A DNA stretch of 64,000 nucleotides from an uncultured Gammaproteobacteria bacterium (GCA_963797555.1 CAWCPV010000013.1:1-64000), one strand, 5' to 3'; shown: positions 22,088 to 36,937, numbered from the stretch's first letter. Notes: generated by a model from the letters alone, not told the origin. Made by a program: numbers and translations.

Positions 22088-25344
<3,257 letters not shown>

Positions 25345-25355
25345 TTCCACTCCCT

Positions 25356-26473
25356 TTAGCCCTTGGCGATCTGACGCCCCAGCAACCGCGCGGAGCATCC
25401 CATGGCAGCATCGCATGCAGCCGCCACCTTGGCGGTGGCATGCGGCTGGGAGAGCCGTCTCGCCTGGACGGCCATCTCCAGTAGGCGTTGCCGTCCTTTG
25501 CCCAGATCCTGAAGCAGGGCACTCAGCCGCGTTGCAGTGAACTGGCCCTGCGGGACGATAACCGCCGCTCGGCTTTGGGTCAGATAACCTGCGTTCAAGG
25601 TTTGATGGTCGTCCACCGAGTGGGGATACGGGACGAGCACGGAGGCCACGCCTGCCGCGGCGAGTTCTGCAACCGTGAGACTCCCGCACGGCACAACACC
25701 AAGTCGGCCCAGCCATAAGCTTCCGCCATGTCGTCGATGAACGGCGCCAGGCGGGCCACGACGCCACATCCCTGGTAACGCCGGCGCGCCTGGGCGATGT
25801 GCTGCACCCCGGTCTGGTGCCAAACCGTGGGGCGGTCGTGCACATCCAGTAAGGCGACCGCAGCGGGGACCACCTCGTTGAAGATCTGTGCGCCCTGGCT
25901 GCCGCCCAGCACCAATAGCCGTATGGGCTCCTCGCGGGGATTTAGCCGCTCTGCAGGTGGCGGGAGGGCCGCGATCTGGGCACGCACCGGATTACCGGTC
26001 ACCGCTGCACCGTAACGCTTCGCAAAGGTGTTGGGGAAAGCCTCCAGCACCTGCGTGGCAAGCGGAGCGAGCCAGCGATTTGTCAGCCCAGGCAGCGCGT
26101 TCTGTTCATGTACCAGAAGCGGCTTACGCAGCAGCCAGGCGGCGAGCCCGGCCGGCCCGGCGACGAATCCACCCATGCCCAGGACCGCGGAGGGATGTGT
26201 CCGGAGCATGATCACCAGCGCTTGAGCCAGCGCCAGACACAGCCGCGCCGGGGCGAGAAGCCATGTGCCCTTGCCCTTGCCACGCAGACCCCCGATGCTG
26301 ACCCAGTGAATGGGGATTCCGGCATCCGGTACCACGCGCGCTTCCAGCCCATGGCGCGTCCCGAGCCACACGACTTCGACCCCTTGAGCCAGCAGATGCT
26401 TCGCTACGGCGAGTGCCGGGAAGACATGCCCCCCCGTTCCACCGGCCGCGACCATTACCCGCTTCACGCCCAT
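25356..26473 (-). CDS. murG: undecaprenyl-PP-MurNAc-pentapeptide GlcNAc transferase (apparent 1-nt deletion near 25680)
   Basis: [20 protein letters not shown] and CRAG in one frame; LTVAEL...P....DDHQ..NA continues in another. Confidence 0.93.
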
Positions 26474-27612
26474 CAGTCCCTCCCTGGGGCCTCTAAATCG
26501 ATGCGCAATAATAGAGCAACCGCCGCGCAACTCGCTAGCATGCTGGAACCCCCGTAGCTCATGAGGGGGAGCGTCAAGCCCTTGGTAGGCAACACACCCA
26601 TGTTGACCCCGATGTTGATGAATGCCTGCAGGCTGAGCCAGAGCCCGACCCCATAAGCGCAGTAGCTCCCGAACAGATGACCTTTGGATCCCGCCCGCAA
26701 GGCGATGGAAAAGGCCCGCCACATCACGGCGCCGAATAGGGCGATGACCGCTACGACCCCTACGAAGCCCAGTTCCTCGGCCAGCACGGCAAAAAGAAAG
26801 TCGGTATGGGCCTCGGGCAGATAGAAGAGCTTCTGCACGCTCGCGCCCAGCCCAACCCCCAACCAGTCACCGCGACCGAAGGCGATCAGAGCCTGAGTCA
26901 GCTGAAAACCCGTCGCGAACGGATCAGCCCACGGGTCCCAGAATGTCGTCAGACGCTGCATGCGGTATGGAGAGGTGAACGCCAGTCCCCCCAGAGCGCA
27001 AACCCCCGCGACGAGGCCCACGCCGAACGGCCAGACCGGAGCACCGCCGAGAAACATCATCCCGAAGGCGACCGCGGCCATGACCACGGCCGCGCCATAG
27101 TCCGGCTCCATCAGCAGAAGCAATGCGATGAGGACCACCAAGCCGATGGCCCGCAGGAAAGAGGTGGCCGAACGGCGCGTTTCATCCGCGTGCCGGACGA
27201 GATAGCCAGCGAGGTAGACCACCAAGAGGAACTTCATGACCTCCGAAACTTGCAACTGGAACGGGCCGACGATGAGCCAGCGTCGGCTCCCATTCACCTC
27301 CCTGCCAAGCCCGGGAATGAGCACGGCGATGAGCAGCAACAATGCACCCAGGAACAGGGTTTGGCCATGCTTCTCCCAGAAACGCAGGGGGATAGACATA
27401 ATGACCGTGCCGAGGAGCAACCCCATCCCGGCGTACGCACCCTGGCGCAGAAGGTAGTAGAAAGGAGTGCCTGCGCTGCGGTCCGCGATGGCGATGGACG
27501 CCGATGTGACCATGACCAGGCCGATCCCGAGCAGGGCCAAGGCACACGTCAGCAGAACGCCATCGACCCGGAAGGCGGGTCGGCCGTGTCCAACGGTACT
27601 CGTGACCGTCAT
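26473..27612 (-). CDS. ftsW: peptidoglycan polymerase FtsW
   Basis: NGSRRW, LPEAHTDF, LPTKGLTLPLMSYGGSS. Confidence 0.97.
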   Translation of the reverse strand: MTVTSTVGHGRPAFRVDGVLLTCALALLGIGLVMVTSASIAIADRSAGTPFYYLLRQGAYAGMGLLLGTVIMSIPLRFWEKHGQTLFLGALLLLIAVLIPGLGREVNGSRRWLIVGPFQLQVSEVMKFLLVVYLAGYLVRHADETRRSATSFLRAIGLVVLIALLLLMEPDYGAAVVMAAVAFGMMFLGGAPVWPFGVGLVAGVCALGGLAFTSPYRMQRLTTFWDPWADPFATGFQLTQALIAFGRGDWLGVGLGASVQKLFYLPEAHTDFLFAVLAEELGFVGVVAVIALFGAVMWRAFSIALRAGSKGHLFGSYCAYGVGLWLSLQAFINIGVNMGVLPTKGLTLPLMSYGGSSMLASCAAVALLLRIDLEAPGRD

Positions 27613-28976
27613 CGGCCGAGCCCGCTCGCGGCGGCCGGCAGAAGGGCCTGCACGGCGCGCATGAAGACCTCTCCCCGGTGCTCGTAGTTGCGGTACATGT
27701 CGAAGCTCGCGCAGGCCGGCGATAGTAATACGCTGTCCCCGGCGCGTGCCATGCGGCGCGCAGCGCGCACGGCCTCCTGCATGTCGCGGGCGTGGGCGAC
27801 GGGTGTCACGCTGCCGACCGCTGCTTCGATGAGCGGCGCATCCCGTCCGATGAGGACGATCCCACGCGCCTTCTCGCGCACGGCTGCGCGCAAGGGCGAG
27901 AAATCTTGGCCCTTACCGTCACCGCCAGCAATCAGCACCACGCTCCCGTCCATCCCCTGCAAGGCCGCGAGCGTCGCCCCCACGTTGGTTCCTTTGGAGT
28001 CGTTGTACCACTGCACGCCTTGTGAGGACGCCACCCACTGGCAGCGGTGTGGCAGCCCGGGAAAACGTCGCAGGGCCTCGATCATCGGGGACACGGGAAG
28101 ACCCACGGCGCGGCCCAGAGCCATCGCCGCCAACGCGTTCACCAGGTTGTGGCGCCCGACCAGCAGAAGCTCAGAGGCCAGCGCCAGGCGCTCGTCGCCG
28201 TAAGCCAGCCGGGAGTCATGGCCGTGCGGCACCAGCCCGAATTGCCCCCACGAGGGCGGCCCGGCGGTGAACCCACGAGCCTCTTGGGGAGGGACCATGC
28301 TAGCCACCAAGGGGTCATCCAGGTTCACGACCTTGACGCGCGCGCCGGCATAGACCCGCGCCTTGGCGGCACGGTAACGTTCCAGGTCCCCATGACGGTC
28401 GAGATGGTCTGGGGTTAGGTTCAGCACCACGGCGGCAGCGGCGTTCAAGCTGGTCGTCGTCTCTAGCTGGAAACTGGACAGCTCGATCACGTAGAGGTCA
28501 GGCTGCGGACCCTGCTCCACCAAGAGATCCAGGACCGGAGTGCCGATGTTCCCGCCCACGGCGACGCGCCGACCGGCTTGACGGGCCATCTCTCCCAGCA
28601 GGGCGGTCACCGTACTCTTGCCGTTGGTACCGGTGATGGCCACGATGGGCGCCCGCGCGGCCCGCGCAAACAGCTCAACGTCCCCCAGCACGGCCGCGCC
28701 GCGATCATGTGCCGCCCGGATGAGTGGATCCTCCAGCGAGATTCCCGGACTCACCACCAACTGCTCCGCAGCCGCAAAGGCCCCCGCGTCGAATCCGCCG
28801 ACAAAGACCGCCACATCCGGCAAAATCTCCCTTAGCTCACGGAGAGCGGGGGGGCGGACGCGGGTGTCGGTCACAGCGAGCGGCAGGCCCTGTGCGGCAA
28901 GGTAGCGGGCGCAGGAGAGCCCGGTTTTCCCGAGGCCGACCACGAGCGAACGCGGCTTTTGCCTGGCCTGAACCAT
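27609..28976 (-). CDS. murD: UDP-MurNAc-L-Ala--D-glutamate ligase
   Basis: GLGKTG, ITGTNGKSTV, ELSSFQL, NDSKGTN, SPACASFD. Confidence 0.97.
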   Translation of the reverse strand: MVQARQKPRSLVVGLGKTGLSCARYLAAQGLPLAVTDTRVRPPALRELREILPDVAVFVGGFDAGAFAAAEQLVVSPGISLEDPLIRAAHDRGAAVLGDVELFARAARAPIVAITGTNGKSTVTALLGEMARQAGRRVAVGGNIGTPVLDLLVEQGPQPDLYVIELSSFQLETTTSLNAAAAVVLNLTPDHLDRHGDLERYRAAKARVYAGARVKVVNLDDPLVASMVPPQEARGFTAGPPSWGQFGLVPHGHDSRLAYGDERLALASELLLVGRHNLVNALAAMALGRAVGLPVSPMIEALRRFPGLPHRCQWVASSQGVQWYNDSKGTNVGATLAALQGMDGSVVLIAGGDGKGQDFSPLRAAVREKARGIVLIGRDAPLIEAAVGSVTPVAHARDMQEAVRAARRMARAGDSVLLSPACASFDMYRNYEHRGEVFMRAVQALLPAAASGLGR

Positions 28977-29049
28977 TCTTCGTACTCCTCCGTCCCTGTG
29001 TTACAGCGCCCCAGGACCGGCTCGTGGGACACCATCTCACGTAGCGCGG

Positions 29050-30132
29050 CTATCGGATCTTCAAGGTCGCCAGCCCGACGAGGACCAGAATTACCGTAAC
29101 GATCCAGAAGCGCACGATGACCCGTGGCTCTGGCCACCCCTGGAGCTCGAAGTGGTGATGCAGTGGCGCCATCCGGAAGATGCGTCGTCCGGTGAGCTTG
29201 TAGCCAGCTACCTGCAAGATCACCGAGGCCGTCTCCATGACGAACACACCGCCCATGACGAACAGCACCAACTCCTGGCGCACCAGCACCGCCACCACGC
29301 CAAGCGCCGCTCCCAAAGCCAGCGCCCCCACGTCGCCCATGAACACCTGCGCCGGGTAGGCGTTGAACCAAAGGAATCCCAGGCCGGCACCCACTACGGC
29401 CCCGCAGAACACCACCACCTCGCCCACGCCCGCAATGTAAGGAATTCCCAGGTATTGAGCGAACGTCGTGTGTCCGGTGGCATAGGCGAACACGCCCAGG
29501 GCTCCCCCCACCATCACGGTGGGCATGATGGCCAGGCCGTCCAGGCCGTCGGTCAGGTTCACTGCATTGCTCGAGCCCACGATGACGAAATACGACACGG
29601 GCACGAAAACCCATCCGAGCGCGACCCCTACGTGCTTGAAAAAGGGAACGATGAATTCGGTCTCCGCCGGGGTCTGGGCGGTGAGATAGAGGAACAGGGC
29701 GGCACCCAGCCCGATCATCGACTGCGCGCCGAACTTGGCCCGCGCGGTCAGCCCCTTCGACCGCCGGCGGACGAGCTTCAGATAGTCATCCAGCCCCCCG
29801 ACGGCACCGAACAACAGGGTCACCAGCAGCACCACCCAGACGTGACGGTTGCCCAGGTCCGCCCAGAGGAGCGTCGCCGCCGCGATGGCCACCAGTATGA
29901 GAGCGCCGCCCATGGTAGGGGTCCCGGCCTTGGAAGAGTGCGACTGTGGCCCGTCGTCGCGCACGCTCTGCCCGATGTGATGGCGGTTGAGTCCGCGGAT
30001 CATGGCGGGACCGACGAGCAGCGCGATCGACAGGGCGGTGAGGACCCCAAGAATGGCGCGCAGAGTGAGATACTGGAATACGTGGAACCCACTGTGGTAG
30101 GGGACGAGGTACTCACTGAGCTGGAGCAGCAT
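29050..30132 (-). CDS. mraY: phospho-N-acetylmuramoyl-pentapeptide transferase
   Basis: [37 protein letters not shown]. Confidence 0.98.
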   Translation of the reverse strand: MLLQLSEYLVPYHSGFHVFQYLTLRAILGVLTALSIALLVGPAMIRGLNRHHIGQSVRDDGPQSHSSKAGTPTMGGALILVAIAAATLLWADLGNRHVWVVLLVTLLFGAVGGLDDYLKLVRRRSKGLTARAKFGAQSMIGLGAALFLYLTAQTPAETEFIVPFFKHVGVALGWVFVPVSYFVIVGSSNAVNLTDGLDGLAIMPTVMVGGALGVFAYATGHTTFAQYLGIPYIAGVGEVVVFCGAVVGAGLGFLWFNAYPAQVFMGDVGALALGAALGVVAVLVRQELVLFVMGGVFVMETASVILQVAGYKLTGRRIFRMAPLHHHFELQGWPEPRVIVRFWIVTVILVLVGLATLKIR

Positions 30133-30139
30133 GGCGCGG

Positions 30140-31531
30140 CTACCCGTGGCCCACCACGCGCATCTGCGGCTCTTCCGCCCGCACCAGGGCCTGCACCACT
30201 CGCTCCATCTGCATGCGCCGTGAGCCCTTGACCAGCACGACCGCATCCGGGTGCAGCAGGGTCGTCTGCAAGGCCGCAACCAGCGCTTGGTGGTCGTCGA
30301 AATGCTCCCCGCCGGCACCGAATGCCTGCACTGCGAAGCGGCTCAGCTCGCCGATCGCCAGCAACCGAGTGAAGCCTCGCTCGCGAACCATGCGCCCCGC
30401 GGCTTCGTGCCATCGCATCCCGTGCTCGCCCAGCTCGGCCATATCACCCAGAACCAGCACTTTCTCTCCAGGCCGCGTGCTCAGGGCCTCCAAGGCGCTC
30501 GCCAGCGAGCCGGGGTTGGCGTTGTAAGTGTCGTCGACGACCAACCCTCCATCGATGCCCGGCAAGGGCTGCAGGCGCCCGCGCACCGCTGTCACAGCCT
30601 CAAGCCCCCGCTTGATGGCCCCGATGGGGACGGCCAGTGCCGCGGCTGCGGCGGCTGCCGCAAGCGCATTGCGGATGTTGTGCTGCCCTCGCAGCGACAG
30701 CACCAAGTCCACGCTGCCCATCGGCGTCACCAGGCGAAAGGCGCTGTCGGACGCGGTCCCGCCGCGAGGCGTTGCCCCGAGCACTGCGGTCACATCCGCG
30801 GCCATCGCCAGACCGAACGTCAAGACCTGCCGCCCAGCCGCCAGACGCTTCCAGAGATCTGCATACGGATCATCGGCGTTGATGATGCAGGTGCCGTCTG
30901 CGGACAGGCCCGAGAAGATCTCGCCCTTGGCGCGGGCGACGCCTTCGATGTCCCCGAAACCCTCGAGGTGCGCGGGTGCGGCGTTGGTCACCACCGCCAC
31001 AGCGGGCCTAGTTAGCTCCGTCAGGGCAGCGATCTCTCCAGGGTGGTTGGCTCCCATCTCCACCACCGCGTAGCGGTGTTCCCGCTCCAAGCGCAGCAGC
31101 GTGAGTGGCACGCCGATGTCGTTGTTGAGGTTTCCCGTCGTCGCCAAGACCGACCCGACCTGGCGCAAGATACTGGACAACATCTCCTTGACGGTGGTCT
31201 TGCCGTTGCTTCCGGTCACCGCCAGCACGAGGAGGTCGAATCGGGACCGCCACTCCCCCGCGAGCCAACCCAGGGCCGAGCGCGTGTCGCTGACCCGCAG
31301 GAGGGGGAGCCTTGAAGTGACGGTGCGGCTGACCAGCGCGGCCGATGCACCCCGTGCTGCCGCCTCGTCCACGAAGCCGTGACCGTCGAAGCGCATGCCC
31401 TCCAGGGCAACGAACAGATTGCCCGGCTCCAAGGTGCGGCTGTCGGTCGCCACCCCCCGAAACTCCCGGTCGCCGGCCCCGCCCTGGGTATGCAGGACCC
31501 GAGCGGCCTCCGCCAAGCTCATCCGGATCAT
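30140..31531 (-). CDS. murF: UDP-MurNAc-tripeptide--D-Ala-D-Ala ligase
   Basis: [43 protein letters not shown]. Confidence 0.97.
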   Translation of the reverse strand: MIRMSLAEAARVLHTQGGAGDREFRGVATDSRTLEPGNLFVALEGMRFDGHGFVDEAAARGASAALVSRTVTSRLPLLRVSDTRSALGWLAGEWRSRFDLLVLAVTGSNGKTTVKEMLSSILRQVGSVLATTGNLNNDIGVPLTLLRLEREHRYAVVEMGANHPGEIAALTELTRPAVAVVTNAAPAHLEGFGDIEGVARAKGEIFSGLSADGTCIINADDPYADLWKRLAAGRQVLTFGLAMAADVTAVLGATPRGGTASDSAFRLVTPMGSVDLVLSLRGQHNIRNALAAAAAAAALAVPIGAIKRGLEAVTAVRGRLQPLPGIDGGLVVDDTYNANPGSLASALEALSTRPGEKVLVLGDMAELGEHGMRWHEAAGRMVRERGFTRLLAIGELSRFAVQAFGAGGEHFDDHQALVAALQTTLLHPDAVVLVKGSRRMQMERVVQALVRAEEPQMRVVGHG

Positions 31532-33114
31532 CCGACCTTCCTCTCGCAGGGCGCTTCCGAAAGCCTTGAAACGCCTGCCGGTGAAACTTCACGCGAAAAC
31601 GGCGCCCTGAACCCCAAGCCTTGAACATAGTCGCGGTCGCTGAACGGCATTAAGCGTTCCCCGACCTCCTGAAAGACCTCGTGACCTTTGCCGGCGACGA
31701 GCACCACATCCGCCTCGCCCGCAGCCTCGACCGCCCGGTCGATTGCCTGATCGCGCGCCCGCTCCACCCGCGCAGCGCCGGGTCGAGCCATGCCGGACAA
31801 GATGTCTGCGATGATCGCGTCTCCCTCTTCCCCGCGCGGGTTGTCGTCGGTGAGCACCACCACGTCCGCCAAGGCCTCGGCAACAGCGCCCATGAGCGGC
31901 CGCTTGCCCGTGTCGCGCTCTCCGCCGCAGCCGAAAACACACCACAGGCGCCCGCCGCAGTGAGGCCGCAGCGCCGTCAGTGCCTGATCCAAGGCGTCCG
32001 GCGTGTGGGCATAGTCCACGACTACCACCGGGCGACCTGGGCCGCTCACGAAGCGCTCCATACGACCAGGCGCTCCGCCGATACGGCCGAGCCGCGCCAC
32101 GCCTTCCGCGAGCGGAACCCCCTGGAGCAACAGCACACTCAGAGCCGCCAGCAAGTTGTGAGCATTGAAACGACCTAACAGTGGACTGACCAGATCCGCT
32201 TCGCCCCAGGGAGTGTGCACACGCATCTTCAACCCCGCGAACTCGAGCTGCAGGTCGCATCCCCACACCTCGGGAAGTGCCCCGGGTCTCTGACCGACCC
32301 CGTAGCCGATGGCCTGGACCTCGTGTGCCAGTGCCGCGGCAAAGCGCCGTCCTCGGGCATCGTCCAGGTTGATCACCGCCCGCCGCAGGCCCGGATGTCT
32401 GAAGAGAAGCTCCTTGGCGGCAGCATAGGCGTCTATGTCAGTGTGATAGTCCAGGTGATCCCGTGTCAGGTTGGTGAACACGGCACTGTCTATGAACAGC
32501 CCATTGACGCGCGCCTGGGCGAGCGCGTGGGAAGAAACCTCCATGAAGACGTGGGTCGCGCCGCCCGCACGCATCTCCGCAAGCAGCGCATGGATGGTGA
32601 CCGCGTCCGGGGTGGTATAGCCGGTCGCGCGCAAATCGGTTATCCGCCCCTGGCGGCAAAGGCCGTAACCCAACGTACCAATGACCCCTGTCGCGGTCTC
32701 CCTCGCCATAGCCTGAGCCAGGAGGTGGCTGCAGGACGTTTTGCCATTGGTACCGGTAATCCCCACGACCCGCACCGAACGGGAGGGCTCACCGTAGAAA
32801 CGCGCCGCGATTATACCCGCTCTTGCCCGCAAGTCGCAGACGCCCACCACGGACACATCGCCGAGACCCTCCGGGCGCGGCCCGCCCCCGACCTCGTAGG
32901 CGACCGCCACTGCCCCCGCCCGCACCGCCTCGGCCACAAAGTCGTGGCCGCGGGCTCGATTACCGGCGCAAGCCAGGAAAAGGTCGCCCGGAGACACTCT
33001 TCGGCTGTCCAGGGACAGACCGCAGACCTGCCGCTCGGCTACGTCGGCGAGATCGGCGAAGCCATCCAACAGCGCGACGAGACTCTTGGGGCCAACCCGG
33101 CCTGGCCCGTTCAC
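31528..33114 (-). CDS. murE: UDP-MurNAc-dipeptide--meso-DAP ligase
   Basis: ITGTNGKTS, MEVSSH, DHLDYH, DYAHTPD, DNPR, GKGHE. Confidence 0.97.
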   Translation of the reverse strand: MNGPGRVGPKSLVALLDGFADLADVAERQVCGLSLDSRRVSPGDLFLACAGNRARGHDFVAEAVRAGAVAVAYEVGGGPRPEGLGDVSVVGVCDLRARAGIIAARFYGEPSRSVRVVGITGTNGKTSCSHLLAQAMARETATGVIGTLGYGLCRQGRITDLRATGYTTPDAVTIHALLAEMRAGGATHVFMEVSSHALAQARVNGLFIDSAVFTNLTRDHLDYHTDIDAYAAAKELLFRHPGLRRAVINLDDARGRRFAAALAHEVQAIGYGVGQRPGALPEVWGCDLQLEFAGLKMRVHTPWGEADLVSPLLGRFNAHNLLAALSVLLLQGVPLAEGVARLGRIGGAPGRMERFVSGPGRPVVVVDYAHTPDALDQALTALRPHCGGRLWCVFGCGGERDTGKRPLMGAVAEALADVVVLTDDNPRGEEGDAIIADILSGMARPGAARVERARDQAIDRAVEAAGEADVVLVAGKGHEVFQEVGERLMPFSDRDYVQGLGFRAPFSREVSPAGVSRLSEAPCERKVG

Positions 33115-34898
33115 GGCGTCGTCTCTTGCCAAGCCACGCGCACTGCGGGGTCGTCGCGCTCATCGGGCGGGACATCGAGCATCCTCAGCGACTCACCCAT
33201 GACCCGTCGGAATACCGGAGCCGCCACTTGGCCACCGTAGTAGCCCCCGCGCTTCGGGTTCGGATCGTTCACCACCACGGCCAACACCAGGCGCGGGCGG
33301 CTGGCTGGCGCCATCCCCGCGAACACTGCGTAGTATTGGTGTGCCACGTATCCGGACGGGCCCGCCTTGCGGACCGTGCCGGTCTTGCCTGCCACCCGGT
33401 AACCGGGCACGGCGGCGAGGGTCCCGGTACCACCCTCGCGCACTACCGCCTCCATCATACGTCGCACTTCCGCGGCGATGGCGGACTGGATCACCCTCTG
33501 ACCTTGGGGTGGCTTGTCTACCCGCAGCAAGCTCACAGGGCGGCGTACGCCGTCGGCGGCCAATATGGCATAAGCACGCGCCAGTTGCAGGGGCGTCACG
33601 GACAGCCCGTACCCAAAGGCTGCGGTGGCAGTCTCCACCGGCCTCCATCGGTGGAAGTCCCGCAAAACGCCAGTAGCCTCTCCCGGGAAACTGACGCTCG
33701 TTGGGGACCCGAAGCCGACCCTGACGAACATATTCCACAGCCGGCCCGACGGCAAAGAGAGTGCGATGCGACCGGCCCCCACGTTGCTCGACTTCTTGAT
33801 CACCGTGGCGACGTCGATTATCCCGTAGTCGTGGACGTCGTGGATGGTCCTGCTGCCGACACGCAGCAGACCCGGACGTGTGTCGACTAGGGTGCTCGGC
33901 TTGTAGAGACCAGTCTCCAGAGCGCAGGCGATGGTGAACGGCTTGACTGTCGATCCAGGCTCGAAGACATCCGTCACCGCGCGGTTGCGATAGCGAGCAC
34001 CATGCAGATCCTCTCGGCTATTGGGGTTGAAGGCTGGCTGATTGACCACCGCCAGTACCTCGCCTGACAACGCATCAAGGAGCACCGCAGAACCGGCGCG
34101 GGCCCCGTGCTCCAGGACCGCCGCCTTCAGTTCCCGATAGAGGAGGTATTGCAGGCGCAGGTCGACGCTCAGTGCGAGGTCTCGGCCGGCACGCGGCTCG
34201 CGAATGCGTTCCATGTCCTCGACAACGGTGCCGTAACGGTCCTTCATCACCCGTTGGGCACCCGGCTCACCGCGCAGCAACTTATTATAAGCTAGCTCGA
34301 TGCCTTCCTGACCCTCATCGTCTATGTCCGTGAAACCGAGTAGGTGGCCGGTGACCTCCCCGTTCGGGTAGTAGCGGCGATATTCCCGCTGCAGGTATAC
34401 GCCGGGGATCTGCAGATCAGCGACCGCTTGCGCCGTATCCGGGGGGATACGGCGCCGCACGTACACGAATTCTCGGTCCCCGCTGGCGTTAAGGCGGGTA
34501 GCCAGTTCTCGGGGGTTGAGGCCCAGCACCTTCGCGAGCCGTGACCACTGATTGGGCTGCTCCAGCAACACCTGCGGGTTCGCCCACACGGAGGAGACGG
34601 GCGTGCTGATCGCCAAAGGCTCACCCATCCGATCCGTAATCATACCGCGATGGGCGGCTATGCTGTGGACCCGCAGCACACGTGCGTCCCCCTGGTCCCG
34701 GAGGAAGTGGTTGTCCATGATTTGCAGGACCAGAGCACGCCAGACTAGCATGCCGAAGGCGAGGCACAGACCTCCCAGTGCCAGCCGATGGCGCGTGGAA
34801 CACAGCGCCGGGCGCTCCGCCGCATCGCGGGCTGGGCCGTGCCACCAGCGCGGCTCGCCCCAGGTGAGGCAGGCATCGGACCGCACTCCGGCTTTCAT
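33111..34898 (-). CDS. ftsI: peptidoglycan D,D-transpeptidase FtsI (PBP3)
   Basis: EPGSTVKP (SxxK), KSSN (SxN) and GKTGT. Confidence 0.97.
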   Translation of the reverse strand: MKAGVRSDACLTWGEPRWWHGPARDAAERPALCSTRHRLALGGLCLAFGMLVWRALVLQIMDNHFLRDQGDARVLRVHSIAAHRGMITDRMGEPLAISTPVSSVWANPQVLLEQPNQWSRLAKVLGLNPRELATRLNASGDREFVYVRRRIPPDTAQAVADLQIPGVYLQREYRRYYPNGEVTGHLLGFTDIDDEGQEGIELAYNKLLRGEPGAQRVMKDRYGTVVEDMERIREPRAGRDLALSVDLRLQYLLYRELKAAVLEHGARAGSAVLLDALSGEVLAVVNQPAFNPNSREDLHGARYRNRAVTDVFEPGSTVKPFTIACALETGLYKPSTLVDTRPGLLRVGSRTIHDVHDYGIIDVATVIKKSSNVGAGRIALSLPSGRLWNMFVRVGFGSPTSVSFPGEATGVLRDFHRWRPVETATAAFGYGLSVTPLQLARAYAILAADGVRRPVSLLRVDKPPQGQRVIQSAIAAEVRRMMEAVVREGGTGTLAAVPGYRVAGKTGTVRKAGPSGYVAHQYYAVFAGMAPASRPRLVLAVVVNDPNPKRGGYYGGQVAAPVFRRVMGESLRMLDVPPDERDDPAVRVAWQETTP

Positions 34899-35233
34899 GG
34901 CCCGAGCACCACGACCTCACCGGACGGGGGAGGCGCCATGCTGAGGCGCGCCCGTGCGATACGGTCGATGCGGCTGTGGGTGGCGAGCGTGCTTTGCTCG
35001 AGCAGCAGCCTTCCCCACTCCACGTTCAAGTCGTCCCGCTGCTGTTGCACCGATTGAAGCTCAACGAACAACGACCGGCCAAGGTGCTTGCTGTAGATGA
35101 CCGCAACGGCTGAGGCTGTTACCGCCATCGCCAGCACCCCAGGACCCACCACTCGGGCGAGCCGGCTGCGCACCTCCCGGGCGGGGCTCAATGCCTCCTC
35201 TTGATCCCCATTGACGCGGCTCGGTCCGCTCAT
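34895..35233 (-). CDS. ftsL: cell division protein FtsL
   Basis: TM plus coiled coil EWGRLLLEQSTL; lies between rsmH and ftsI. Confidence 0.9.
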   Translation of the reverse strand: MSGPSRVNGDQEEALSPAREVRSRLARVVGPGVLAMAVTASAVAVIYSKHLGRSLFVELQSVQQQRDDLNVEWGRLLLEQSTLATHSRIDRIARARLSMAPPPSGEVVVLGP

Positions 35234-36165
35234 GGCAGCTTCTCCGCCACCCGCAGCACGGCGCTGCGGGCACGGGGGTTGCGCGCGATCTCTCCCGGGG
35301 CCGGGCGGCGCGCCCTGCCCACCGGGCGCATCTGGCGCACCAAGTCCGCCTGCCGCACCGGCAGATCCCGCGGGAAACGGTCCCCCCGCGATTGGTCTCG
35401 AATGAATCGCTTGACCATCCGGTCCTCCAGAGAGTGGAAGCTGACCACCGCTAGGCGGCCGCCGGCCGCGAGCAGGCCGGGGATCTCGGCAAGGCAGCGC
35501 TCCAGCTCCTCGATCTCCCTGTTCACCAAGATGCGGATGGCCTGAAAGGTGCGCGTCGCCGGGTGCTGACCCGGCTCGCGGCCGGGGATGGTCCGTGAAA
35601 CGATCGCGGCGAGCTGGCCCGTCGTGGCGATGGGACCCCGCCGCCGCGCCGCCGCGATGGCCCTGGCCACGCGACGCGCGTAACGCTCCTCGCCGTAATC
35701 GTGCAGCACCGCGGCGATGTCCCGCTCCGCTGCTCGGGCCAGCCACTGCGCCGCGCTCATGCCGCTGCCTGGATCCATACGCATGTCCAGTGGCCCGTCG
35801 TGGAGGAAGCTGAACCCCCTGGCAGGGTCTTCCAGCTGAGGCGATGACACGCCCAGGTCCAGCACCACGCCGTGCACGCGGCCCTCCCAGCCCTGCTTGC
35901 GGACCTCCCGGCCCAGCGCCGAGAAGGGCGAGTGCAGCACGCAGAAGCGCGGATCCTGCCCGAACCGATCCACCGCCGCTCGCACCGCCTCCGGATCCCG
36001 GTCGAGTGCCAGCAGGCGCCCCTGCGGGCCCAAGAGCTGCACGATGCCCGCGCTGTGCCCACCCCGACCGTAAGTGCCGTCCACGTAAAGGCCGTCCGCT
36101 CGTATCGCGAGCGCATCGACCACCTCTTGGCAGAGGACGGGCTCATGCTCTGAGCGCCGGAACAC
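35230..36165 (-). CDS. rsmH: 16S rRNA m4C1402 methyltransferase
   Basis: HEPVL, DGTYGRGGHS, DLGVSSPQL, FHSLEDR, NPRARSA. Confidence 0.97.
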   Translation of the reverse strand: MFRRSEHEPVLCQEVVDALAIRADGLYVDGTYGRGGHSAGIVQLLGPQGRLLALDRDPEAVRAAVDRFGQDPRFCVLHSPFSALGREVRKQGWEGRVHGVVLDLGVSSPQLEDPARGFSFLHDGPLDMRMDPGSGMSAAQWLARAAERDIAAVLHDYGEERYARRVARAIAAARRRGPIATTGQLAAIVSRTIPGREPGQHPATRTFQAIRILVNREIEELERCLAEIPGLLAAGGRLAVVSFHSLEDRMVKRFIRDQSRGDRFPRDLPVRQADLVRQMRPVGRARRPAPGEIARNPRARSAVLRVAEKLP

Positions 36166-36169
36166 GACC

Positions 36170-36622
36170 TCAGAACGATAGGGAATCAAATTCGGAAGGC
36201 AAATCACCTTGCTCCTCCTCGATGCGCCATTTGACTAGCGCATCGCTCCATGTCTGCTCGTCCCAGAGCTCGAATTTCTTACCCTGACCGATCAGGACCA
36301 CGCGCTTATCCAGATGGGTGCAGTCGCGCAGCGGGGGCGGCAGGAGGATGCGGCCCTGTCCGTCCATGTCGGATTCGGTCGCGTGCCCGATGAGCAGTCG
36401 CTGCAGCAGCCGGGCTTGACGGTTCAGGGCGGGCAGGCGCTCCAGTTTGGCCTCTATCGCCTCCCACTCCGGCAGCGGATAGAGCAGCAGGCACGGATCG
36501 TCCCGGTCGATTGTGATGACGAGCTGTCCGTGACAGTGCTCGTCCAGGCGGGCCCGATACCGCGCCGGCACCGTGATACGGCCCTTGCCGTCCAGCGCTA
36601 GTGGGCTGATGCCGCGGAACAC
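36170..36622 (-). CDS. mraZ: transcriptional regulator MraZ
   Basis: FRG....LDGKGR..VP.RYR; second repeat DGQGRILLP. Confidence 0.97.
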   Translation of the reverse strand: MFRGISPLALDGKGRITVPARYRARLDEHCHGQLVITIDRDDPCLLLYPLPEWEAIEAKLERLPALNRQARLLQRLLIGHATESDMDGQGRILLPPPLRDCTHLDKRVVLIGQGKKFELWDEQTWSDALVKWRIEEEQGDLPSEFDSLSF

Positions 36623-36650
36623 ACCCAATCCCCCTCATGCGCCCCCATCT

Positions 36651-36685
36651 CCCACTTCACCCCACTTCAGCCTACTTTATCCCAC
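36651..36685 (-). promoter_or_regulatory. MraZ-binding direct repeats
   Basis: GTGGG (one GTAGG) four times at exact 10-bp period: plus-strand CCCAC at 36651, 36661, 36681 and CCTAC at 36671. Confidence 0.85.
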
Positions 36686-36693
36686 GTCGCCAA

Positions 36694-36723
36694 AATATAG
36701 TTAGCGTTTGTGGGGAATGTCAA
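36694..36723 (-). promoter_or_regulatory. sigma70 promoter of the dcw operon
   Basis: TTGACA (36723-36718), 18-nt spacer, TATATT (36699-36694), directly upstream of the MraZ boxes. Confidence 0.75.
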
Positions 36724-36845
36724 GGCGGTACGCACCGTGCCTGCCCAGTGTCGACACGGGCAGGGGCGAAAGGGTGGGCCGCGCCATTCGGGCATGACCA
36801 GGCTCCTCACTCGAGGCGCTCCCTGCGCCGCCCGCCCTCCGGCGC

Positions 36846-36873
36846 TTGACAAGCGGAGCACCGGGGCTATTCT
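36846..36873 (+). promoter_or_regulatory. putative sigma70 promoter, divergent from the dcw operon
   Basis: TTGACA, 16-nt spacer, TATTCT upstream of the truncated activator. Confidence 0.45.
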
Positions 36874-36937
36874 TCGAAGTCATGCCTGCGACGATTCCAA
36901 CACCCAAGAAGCTCGCGGCGGCTCGAAACAGAGACTC